Source of the DNA: Clostridia bacterium
GTDB lineage: Bacteria; Bacillota; Clostridia; CAKSNL01; HGM11501
Assembly (NCBI GenBank): GCA_045545475.1
Contig: JAZQAZ010000038.1
Span: 1 to 54,039, forward strand
Direction of reading: 5' to 3'
DNA length: 54,039 nt
The notes under the pieces were generated by a model that ran no database searches, was not told where the DNA came from, and worked only from the letters and a program-made list of their open reading frames with translations. The position numbers and the translations under genes are program-made. Positions 47,026 to 54,039 of this stretch are shown here, piece by piece (position 1 is the first letter of the stretch; every line of letters starts with the position of its first letter).

Positions 47026-47835
47026 TTATAAAAACTCTCTTCCGCCGAAGCGACGTTTGTATTCGGTGGGTGTAAGTCCGCTTCGCTTTTTGAAGCACTC
47101 CGAAAAATAGTTGGGGCTTGAAAAACCTAAGGCATCACTGATTTCGTAAATCGGCACACCTTCGTTTATCATGGTCATTGCCTTTGTTATTTTAAGATTG
47201 TTAAAATAATCCATAACTCCCACACCTGAATAGTTTTTGAAAATCTTTTTAAGGTTGGAAAGGGAAAGACCGCAAAGCGAGGCGATTTCTTCGGCACATA
47301 AATTTTTTTCGATGTTTTCGTTCATTACATTTATTATACGGCTGTAATTTAAGGGGCCTTTGGTTTTCTGCTGGCGGACGTCTGGGGTCTGATTTTTTAT
47401 GATGTTAAGCATAAGACGTTCAACATTGAGCGCGGCAATCTGACTTTCCTGGCTGTCCTCATATTCACGGCAAAGCCCGGTATGCCTTACAGCCTCCTTT
47501 AAAAGTGCCTCGTCTTCTTTTGATATATTGAATACGCCCTTATCAAGTACGCCGAAATCCGTTCCTGACAGGGAAAAGGAGAGTATGATGGCACGGGGGC
47601 TTGTTCCGTCAGATGCCCAGAGACGGTGAAATTCCATGGGCATATGGAAGATTATGTCGCCCTTCTGAAGCTTATATATCTTGTCATCCTCGGCGGCTCC
47701 GATAACGCCGTCAACCACATAAACAAGCTCCCAGAAATTGTGACGCTCGCCTTCAAAGCTGAAATTTTTGTCAAAGGAACGTTCAAATGCGGAGAAAAAC
47801 GCTTCAATATTTACTCTTCTTTTAATTCTAAGCAT
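47026..47835 (-). CDS. AraC family transcriptional regulator (cupin + HTH)
   Basis: GERHNFWELVYV...PMEFH cupin; LSLSNLKKIFK...LGFSSPNYFSECFKK. Confidence 0.93.
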   Translation of the reverse strand: MLRIKRRVNIEAFFSAFERSFDKNFSFEGERHNFWELVYVVDGVIGAAEDDKIYKLQKGDIIFHMPMEFHRLWASDGTSPRAIILSFSLSGTDFGVLDKGVFNISKEDEALLKEAVRHTGLCREYEDSQESQIAALNVERLMLNIIKNQTPDVRQQKTKGPLNYSRIINVMNENIEKNLCAEEIASLCGLSLSNLKKIFKNYSGVGVMDYFNNLKITKAMTMINEGVPIYEISDALGFSSPNYFSECFKKRSGLTPTEYKRRFGGREFL

Positions 47836-47850
47836 TAAATCACTTCCTTC

Positions 47851-47967
47851 AAAAGTATCCGATTTTATACGAAAAGTATCTTATATCGTATTGTATTTTG
47901 AAATAAGATACTTTATAATTATATCATAAAGATACTTTATGTCAATAAGGCATTGTAAAAAAGTATC
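47851..47967. promoter_or_regulatory. Divergent overlapping promoters with five AAAGTATC boxes
   Basis: AAAAGTATC at 47851, 47872 and 47959; inverted copies GATACTTT at 47907 and 47931; + promoter TTGTAT-17-TATAAT (47891-47919); - promoter TTGACA-16-TATAAT with extended TG (47945-47918). Confidence 0.75.
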
Positions 47968-47987
47968 ATAAATTGGGAGGTTTTTTT

Positions 47988-48812
47988 ATGAAAAAGGGTA
48001 TCAGCAGATGGTCTTTCAAGGAAGGCTCCTACTCTGAGATTTTTCCTTTTGCGAAAAAGCTCGGCTTTGACGGAGTCGAAGTTACGATGGATGCTTCGGG
48101 AGATCTGACACCGGAGACAAGCGAGGCGGGACTTCTTGAAATAAAGAAGCAGGCTGAAGATTCCGGCATTGAACTTTACAGTATGGCGGCAAGTTTATAT
48201 TGGAGCTATTCTCTTTCATCCACAAACGAGGAAATGAGAAACAAGGCAAAGTATGTTGCGAAAAAGCAGATTGAAGCTGCGGCAATACTGGGCTGCGACT
48301 CTGTTTTAATCGTTCCCGGTGCAGTAAAGGTTGACTTTGCGGGAGCTCTCGGCGTAACAGATTATGAGGATGCGTATAAGTATGCACTTGAATCCGCAAG
48401 AGAACTTGCTCCATTTGCAGAGGAACATAAGATAAATGTCGGCTTTGAAAATGTGTGGAACCGCTTTCTTATTACACCCCGCGAAATGAAAAACTTTATC
48501 GACGAAGTGGGAAATCCCTATATGGGCTCTTACTTCGATGCGGGTAATGTATTCCCCAACGGTCTTCCCGAACAGTGGATAAAGATTTTGGGAAGCAGAA
48601 TTAAAAAGGTACATATCAAGGACTTCCACCTTGGTACAAAGAGCTTCTGCGACCTTCTTACGGGAAGCGTTGACTTTGATACGGTTATGGCTTCGCTTAA
48701 GGAAATCGGCTATGATGACTGGATAACAGCTGAAATGGGATGCTATAAAAATCACAACGACGTAATGCTTTATCACACATCCATGGCAATGGATAAAATA
48801 ATGGGAAGATAA
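47988..48812 (+). CDS. Sugar phosphate isomerase/epimerase (xylose isomerase-like TIM barrel)
   Basis: GFDGVE; metal ligands in FENVWN, YFDAGN, VHIKD, TAEM; start at ATG 47988 after GGGAGG. Confidence 0.9.
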   Translation: MKKGISRWSFKEGSYSEIFPFAKKLGFDGVEVTMDASGDLTPETSEAGLLEIKKQAEDSGIELYSMAASLYWSYSLSSTNEEMRNKAKYVAKKQIEAAAILGCDSVLIVPGAVKVDFAGALGVTDYEDAYKYALESARELAPFAEEHKINVGFENVWNRFLITPREMKNFIDEVGNPYMGSYFDAGNVFPNGLPEQWIKILGSRIKKVHIKDFHLGTKSFCDLLTGSVDFDTVMASLKEIGYDDWITAEMGCYKNHNDVMLYHTSMAMDKIMGR

Positions 48813-48875
48813 ATTTTTCTTGTATTTGCAAGGAAAATGATGTAAAATAAAGTAAAAAAAGAGGAGGAATTAATA

Positions 48876-49700
48876 ATGAATAAAATTGGTATTATATTCG
48901 CCCTGGAGGATATCTTAAACGAAAAGACCGACGAGCTTTTTGCCTTTGGTCTTGACACCGTTCAGCTTCGTTGCTGGCATCCTGAAAACCTCACATTGGA
49001 AAATGCAGAAAAGGTTAAAACTATTCTTGCAAAGGGTAACCTTGTTGCAACATCCGTATGGGGCGGTTGGTCAGGTCCTTCCATCTGGGACTTTGTTTCA
49101 GGTCCTAAAACACTTGGTCTTGTTCCTGAGGATTACCGTTTCCAGAGAATGCAGGAATTAAGACGTGCTGTTGACTTTACCGTTGCAATCGGTGCAAAGG
49201 ATATGGCTACACATATGGGCTTCATTCCCGAACAGCCCTGCTATGAAGGCTACAGAGGCTTGGTTGAAGCTGTAAAATGGGTTGGTACATATGCAAAGAG
49301 CAAGGGCGTATGGTTCAACTTTGAAACAGGTCAGGAAACCCCCACAACACTTATGAGAACAATTGCCGATACAGGTCTTGATAACCTTGGCGTAAACTTA
49401 GACCCCGCAAATCTTATTATGTACGGAAGAGCAAACCCTGTTGATGCAGTAGGTATCTACGGTGACAAGGTAAGAGGCGTTCACTTAAAGGACGGTAACT
49501 ATCCCACAGGCGACTTCTCCAAGCTTGGCCGCGAAACAAAGGTTGGCGAAGGCTCGGTAAACTATCCCGCATTCATCAACAAGCTCGTTAAGGAGCAGGG
49601 ATACACAGGCGACCTTTACATCGAGAGAGAAATCTCCGGTGCTCAGCAGATTGCTGATATTAAGGACACAATAGTTTATATTAAAGAATTACTTAAATAA
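48876..49700 (+). CDS. Sugar phosphate isomerase/epimerase (xylose isomerase-like TIM barrel)
   Basis: THMGFIPE, FETGQE, NLDPANL, VHLKDG, IEREISG. Confidence 0.9.
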   Translation: MNKIGIIFALEDILNEKTDELFAFGLDTVQLRCWHPENLTLENAEKVKTILAKGNLVATSVWGGWSGPSIWDFVSGPKTLGLVPEDYRFQRMQELRRAVDFTVAIGAKDMATHMGFIPEQPCYEGYRGLVEAVKWVGTYAKSKGVWFNFETGQETPTTLMRTIADTGLDNLGVNLDPANLIMYGRANPVDAVGIYGDKVRGVHLKDGNYPTGDFSKLGRETKVGEGSVNYPAFINKLVKEQGYTGDLYIEREISGAQQIADIKDTIVYIKELLK

Positions 49701-49715
49701 CAGGAGGAATTTAAT

Positions 49716-50720
49716 ATGTTAACAGTAGCATTAATCGGTTACGGCGGAATGGGTAAAATGCACGGTAAGTGCTATGCCGCATTAAAGGATGTAGTTAAGC
49801 TTGTTGCAGTTGCTGATGTAACACCTGAGTCCGGTGTAGAAAAGTATGCAGAAGAAATGGGTGCAAAGTACTATACATCGGGAAATGAGCTTCTTGCAGC
49901 AGAAACACCCGATATTATAGACATCTGCCTTCCCACATTCCTTCACACAGAATATTCTGTAAAGGCAATGGAAAAGGGTTGTCACGTGTTCTGCGAAAAG
50001 CCCATCTGCTTAAATGAAGAAGAAGCAAAATTACTTCTTGAAACAGAAAAGAAGACCGGCGTAAAGGTGCAGGTTGGTCAGGTTGTTCGTTTCATGAAAG
50101 AATATAAGTGGCTTAAGAAGGCTGTAGAAGAAGGCACATACGGAAAGGTAATTTCCGCAGTATTCACCCGTCTTTCCTGCAACCCCAGATGGGCATGGAA
50201 CAACTGGTTCAACGATCCTGAAAAGAGCGGTACAATGGCTCTTGACCTTCATGTTCACGATGTTGACTTTATCCGCTACCTTTTAGGCGAGCCCGATACG
50301 GTTGAATCCAAGTGCACAAGAAATGCAGAAGGCGTGCTTCAGCAGATTTTCACAACCTATACCTTCGGCGATACAGTTGTTACTTCCGAAGGTATCTGGG
50401 ACTATCCCGATAAGTTCCCCTTCAGCCCCGGCTTCCGCGTAAAGATGGAAAAGGGTACAGCGGTACTTAACAGAGGTCTTATGTTCTATCCCGTTGACGG
50501 CGAACCCTTCGTTCCCGAAATGGATGCAGAATTTGAAGGCAAGCTTGATGCAGGTCTTAACGTATCAAGCCTTGGCGGATACTATACAGAGCTTCGTTAC
50601 TTCATTGAAGAAATCATCGAAGGTAACGGCAAGCCCATCGCTCCTCTTTCTGAGGCAATCAAGTCCGCTCAGCTTGTATGGAAGGAAATTGAATCTGCAG
50701 GCGGCAAGGTAAAGAAATAA
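49716..50720 (+). CDS. Gfo/Idh/MocA oxidoreductase
   Basis: IGYGGMG, DICLPTFLH, HVFCEKP, GQVVRF, DLHVHDVD. Confidence 0.92.
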   Translation: MLTVALIGYGGMGKMHGKCYAALKDVVKLVAVADVTPESGVEKYAEEMGAKYYTSGNELLAAETPDIIDICLPTFLHTEYSVKAMEKGCHVFCEKPICLNEEEAKLLLETEKKTGVKVQVGQVVRFMKEYKWLKKAVEEGTYGKVISAVFTRLSCNPRWAWNNWFNDPEKSGTMALDLHVHDVDFIRYLLGEPDTVESKCTRNAEGVLQQIFTTYTFGDTVVTSEGIWDYPDKFPFSPGFRVKMEKGTAVLNRGLMFYPVDGEPFVPEMDAEFEGKLDAGLNVSSLGGYYTELRYFIEEIIEGNGKPIAPLSEAIKSAQLVWKEIESAGGKVKK

Positions 50721-50726
50721 GTAACC

Positions 50727-50760
50727 AAAAAGGTTCAGGCTTTCGCCTGAACCTTTTTTT
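50727..50760 (+). terminator. Intrinsic terminator
   Basis: AAAAAGGTTCAGGC-tttc-GCCTGAACCTTTTTTT. Confidence 0.88.
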
Positions 50761-50853
50761 GCAATATTTTTGCATTTTTTATAATAAAAAATAATTTTCT
50801 TATAGAATTGCAAAAAAGATTATGCTACAATGAGAAAAAAAGGAGGCGTTGTT

Positions 50854-51747
50854 ATGGAATATAAATGGGAAAAGCTCACTTCTCCGGAGTTTGACGAGGC
50901 AATTGAAAAATCAAAGGGGCTTTGTATTCTTCCTTTGGGGTGCCTTGAAAAGCACGGCGAGCATCTTTCGGTAGGGTGCGATGCATTTATCGGAGATATA
51001 TTGACAAAGGCGGCGGCAGAGTTGGAATACGCCGTTGTATTTCCCACGGGCTATTGGGTGGGCGACCTCTTTGGTGTACGCTCTGCAGCAAAACCCGAAA
51101 CGGTAAGAGGCGGAATCGCCATAAAACCCGAAACACTTCTTACGGTGCTTACGGAGCTTTGCGAAGAAATAGCAAGAAATGGCTTCAGAAAGATACTTAT
51201 TGTAAACGTTCACGGCGGAAACGTTGGCTTTCTTGACTTTTTCGTTCGTGCTATGTGCTATGAAAAGAGAAATTTTGCAACCATGTGGGTGAGAGCAACC
51301 ACAAGATGCTCCGATCCCAAGGTGCTTTATCCGGATATTTTATCGCGTCCCGAGGCATATCCTATGATGACTGATGAAGATATGGCAGTGCTTAAGAAAT
51401 TTGCAGAAACGGGAACAGGCGGAGGACACGCCGATTTTTGCGAGGTTGCATTATGTATGAGCGAAATGCCCGAAACCGCACGTCCCGATATGTATGAATC
51501 CTGCAGCGGACTTTCCACAGGAAGAGCGGACTATCTTTCGAGAATGGGTGTAAACCACGGAAAAATCTTTGGCGTAAACTTCCCCAACGCATACCACGGT
51601 TATGCATCGACGGGATGTACACAAAATATCGGCAAAGCTATGGTGCAGGCAGAAGCAGAGCGTCTTGCCAAGGTATTTAAAACACTTAAGGAAGATGAGT
51701 TCTGTGTTGATATGGTAACGGGAGCGTACTTAAATGAAGATAAGTGA
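50854..51747 (+). CDS. Creatininase/creatinine amidohydrolase family protein
   Basis: LPLGCLEKHGEHL..G.D, NVHGGN, GGHADFCE; start at ATG 50854 after AGGAGG. Confidence 0.88.
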   Translation: MEYKWEKLTSPEFDEAIEKSKGLCILPLGCLEKHGEHLSVGCDAFIGDILTKAAAELEYAVVFPTGYWVGDLFGVRSAAKPETVRGGIAIKPETLLTVLTELCEEIARNGFRKILIVNVHGGNVGFLDFFVRAMCYEKRNFATMWVRATTRCSDPKVLYPDILSRPEAYPMMTDEDMAVLKKFAETGTGGGHADFCEVALCMSEMPETARPDMYESCSGLSTGRADYLSRMGVNHGKIFGVNFPNAYHGYASTGCTQNIGKAMVQAEAERLAKVFKTLKEDEFCVDMVTGAYLNEDK

Positions 51748-52927
51748 TATAAAAGAACGCCTTAAAGTGCATATTCCGGCAAAGGCGGAAGAAATTTTCA
51801 ATTCGGGGAAAGTTGACTTTAAGGATACATCGCTCCTTGATGAAGGCTTTATGCGAAGCGTCAGCCGTAAGTTTAATGTCTTAAGAGAGTACGAAAACGA
51901 AGCCATTAAAAAAGCCCTTAAAATAAAGGATGATGAAATAATTCTTGCGTTTTTCAATTTGGCTGTGGCGTACTTGAATTATGCAAACGGCGATGTTGAA
52001 AAATCCCTTGCGTTGAATGTGCCTGATTCCGAAGAAGGGGAAGATGCTCTCGATATGCTTCCCATGGCAATCATTTTCACACAGATAGAAAAAAGCTACG
52101 GGCGGTATCGCTTAATGGGAATGAACGAAGAAGATGCTCTTTTTCATATGGATGCCTACGGAAACTGCTTTAAAAAGTCAAGCAACCTTATGCAGCGGAG
52201 CGGTCTTAACAGAATGTATTTTAACTGGCTTTGCATTTATCTTGGCGCAGGGCTTGTTACAGTGTCGGGCTTTAACTTTGAAATGAAGAAGAATCCGGCT
52301 TCTGCCGTGTTTATCAGAAACAAAGCTACGGGAAAGCTTCTGGCACTTTCGTTTAATCAGAAAATACATAAGTCGGGAAATGTCTTTATGAGTGCGGGAT
52401 GCACCGATGAAGAAGGCTCATTTATAGCGGAATACAAAGAATCGGATGAGGAATTTAAGGGCTATCCCATAAACGAAAAAGGGCTTTGCGAAAAGGATGA
52501 AAAATGCTATAAAAAGTCCCGGTGGGAGAAGGTTTTATCCCCGGGTGACGATGTAATTTCCTTCCATATTCCGAAAAATGCAGACCTTACACCTGCTAAT
52601 CTTGATAAGGTGTTTTCGGAAGGAATTAAAAAGGTAAAAGAATACTACAGAGATAAAAGCGTAAGGTGCATAATCTGCGGATCCTGGCTGCTTTCGCCAC
52701 AGCTTTGGGATATAATGAACGAAAAATCAAATATTGTTGCCTTCGGCAAAAGATTTACCCTTGCACCAATGAGAAGTGCGGGGAAGGACGTTTTTTCCTT
52801 CGTTTTCCCTCCGGGTATTAAAAACTATGAAGAGCTTCCGGAAAATACAACCCTCGAGCGCGGACTTAAAAAGCTCTACCTTGAAGGAAAGTATTTATAT
52901 ACCTTCTACGGGGCGTTTGAAATATGA
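51734..52927 (+). CDS. Acyltransferase-domain protein (NAT_N/GNAT_C, DUF5596-like)
   Basis: SFHIP, CGSWLLSPQL, SNIVAF, FVF, LPENTTLER motifs; 14-nt overlap with the upstream gene. Confidence 0.72.
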   Translation: MKISDIKERLKVHIPAKAEEIFNSGKVDFKDTSLLDEGFMRSVSRKFNVLREYENEAIKKALKIKDDEIILAFFNLAVAYLNYANGDVEKSLALNVPDSEEGEDALDMLPMAIIFTQIEKSYGRYRLMGMNEEDALFHMDAYGNCFKKSSNLMQRSGLNRMYFNWLCIYLGAGLVTVSGFNFEMKKNPASAVFIRNKATGKLLALSFNQKIHKSGNVFMSAGCTDEEGSFIAEYKESDEEFKGYPINEKGLCEKDEKCYKKSRWEKVLSPGDDVISFHIPKNADLTPANLDKVFSEGIKKVKEYYRDKSVRCIICGSWLLSPQLWDIMNEKSNIVAFGKRFTLAPMRSAGKDVFSFVFPPGIKNYEELPENTTLERGLKKLYLEGKYLYTFYGAFEI

Positions 52928-52957
52928 AAAGGTTCAGACTTTGTCTGAACCTTTTTT
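52927..52957 (+). terminator. Intrinsic terminator
   Basis: AAAAGGTTCAGAC-ttt-GTCTGAACCTTTTTT. Confidence 0.88.
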
Positions 52958-52965
52958 GTAATAGC

Positions 52966-52994
52966 TTGCAGAATTTGATAAAAGATGCTATAAT
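52966..52994 (+). promoter_or_regulatory. sigmaA promoter
   Basis: TTGCAG-17 bp-TATAAT with extended TG. Confidence 0.6.
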
Positions 52995-53032
52995 GAGTTT
53001 AATGGTTAAAAGATTACACGAGCAATATCAAT

Positions 53033-53090
53033 GCATGGGTCGATGCCCACATCGACCCGAAAACGGACAGATGAGGGAATCTGTCCCTAC
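53033..53090. repeat. Inverted pair of GTAG-family REP-like hairpins
   Basis: GGGTCGATG-ccca-CATCGACCC on +; GTAG-GGACAGAT-tccctc-ATCTGTCC on -. Confidence 0.7.
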
Positions 53091-53114
53091 GAAATCGTCG
53101 AAAGGAAGTGCAAA

Positions 53115-53441
53115 ATGAAAAAACTAATCTTAACAAATGCAATTGTTGTTATTACATTTATTCTTTTTGACCCTTTACTAAATTATTTGGGAGAATTGGC
53201 AGATACATACAGTCTTGGTGCAGAGATGGTTTTGGGAATGTTTACACCTCTGTTATTTGGATTTTTTATACTTTTGGCTTTAGGTTTAATAATTTTTTCG
53301 ATTAATAAAAGTATTTCAGGGAAAGATATAAAGCAACTTATCCCAATTTCAATTTTTGCTATTGGAATTATCGGATATATATTAGTTTCTGATTCGAATA
53401 GTTTTTGGATCAGACTTGTGACTTATTATATTAACTTATGA
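53115..53441 (+). CDS. Hypothetical small membrane protein (about 108 aa, 3 predicted TM segments)
   Basis: RBS AAAGGAAG before ATG 53115; hydrophobic segments; markedly AT-rich. Confidence 0.7.
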   Translation: MKKLILTNAIVVITFILFDPLLNYLGELADTYSLGAEMVLGMFTPLLFGFFILLALGLIIFSINKSISGKDIKQLIPISIFAIGIIGYILVSDSNSFWIRLVTYYINL

Positions 53442-53627
53442 CAGCTTTTTTATTTCTGAGATGATATGAACATATAAAGACTGTACAAAGAAGATGAAAT
53501 CGGATTTTCCCAGTGTTTATGCGGGTTTGAAGCATCTTTATAAAAATTAACCAAAGACATTTTATGTAGATGCCAAGGGTATTCTGACCAAGAGAACCAA
53601 AAAAACTGTGGTTTTAGCCGCTTTTGA

Positions 53628-53712
53628 ACAGTAAAACAATAAAATGAATAAGGAAATCAAGACGATAATTTCGAAAAAGAGATTATCGTCTTTTTTCATA
53701 TAAAAATAAGAG
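53628..53712. mobile_element. Possible IS-end remnant (non-coding hairpin)
   Basis: AAGACGATAATTTC-gaaaaa-GAGATTATCGTCTT hairpin followed by TATAAAAATAAG; resembles from memory the ends of clostridial IS1182-type elements; no transposase present. Confidence 0.3.
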
Positions 53713-53745
53713 AGGAGATGAAAGAAATGTATGTTGAAAAGTTTT

Positions 53746-53816
53746 TGCAACAGGTACATCGTAAATTAAATGAACTCTGGTTTCTTTTTATCATGTGCTA
53801 TAAGTGCAATTTTCAT
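53746..53816 (-). pseudogene. mgsA: Methylglyoxal synthase remnant
   Basis: RBS GAGGTG then MKIALIAHDKKKPEFI* (MgsA N-terminus, ALIAHD motif), stop at 53766; an out-of-frame YDVPVA follows. Confidence 0.75.
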
Positions 53817-53834
53817 TTGTAATCACCTCAAAAC

Positions 53835-54038
53835 TTAAAATGTGAATCTAAATGTGTTTTTGAGTGTTTTTGGTATTTCGTAGTAAGACGGCAAATCGGG
53901 ACCGCATGACTTGGAACCCACTCCACGCATTGCGAGGTCAATGCAGATATTTACGAAATCATTTTCTTCAAGTTCAAATGAGTGAAGTGATTCACGGAGC
54001 TGCTTTGTTGTAAATGGATTTACTGAGCATGAGAACGG
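53835..54038 (-). CDS. lacZ: C-terminal end of a GH2 beta-galactosidase (partial, truncated by the window edge)
   Basis: Translation ...PFTTKQLRESLHSFELEENDFVNICIDLAMRGVGSKSCGPDLPSYYEI...FRFTF* matches the LacZ-type C-terminal domain. Confidence 0.85.
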   Translation of the reverse strand, partial: PFSCSVNPFTTKQLRESLHSFELEENDFVNICIDLAMRGVGSKSCGPDLPSYYEIPKTLKNTFRFTF

Positions 54039-54039
54039 C

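Noticed and set aside
53031-53114. Upstream extension of the membrane ORF and ORF 52924-53118
   Set aside because: These translate terminator, promoter and REP DNA; the RBS supports ATG 53115

Overview
A 54-kb chromosomal segment from a spore-forming, Clostridia-like Firmicute (ylmC/ymxH, a sipL-like gene with a sigmaE-type promoter, and Firmicute-type RBSs and sigmaA promoters). Housekeeping genes (icd, aconitase, rnhA, xpt, ogt, dat, nth, tcdA-mnmA-ttcA, rsmD-coaD, two flavoproteins) alternate with small carbohydrate-catabolism units, four of them divergent from an AraC regulator. The glycan enzymes are two GH20s, a sialate O-acetylesterase, a GH78, a divergent GH89-like protein, a GH109-like protein, a secreted CBM6/GH99-like protein and the end of a GH2. 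No sugar transporter is present. The best candidates for undescribed systems are: (i) a class-III aminotransferase / fucose-arabinose isomerase / FGGY kinase / amidohydrolase operon (10.9-16.2 kb); (ii) an AraC / two TIM-barrel / Gfo-Idh-MocA unit resembling 3-keto-glycoside cleavage pathways; (iii) a kinase-free enolase / RraA / SDR unit; and (iv) a creatininase / acyltransferase pair. Non-coding or structural oddities include a 253-bp MITE-like insert with a structured core, a GTAG-type REP doublet, a 788-bp intragenic duplication with patchy divergence, a five-copy AAAGTATC operator region and a decayed mgsA. I saw no rRNA, tRNA, CRISPR array, transposase, integrase or reverse transcriptase. 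All calls come from motif recognition by eye; no database searches were run.
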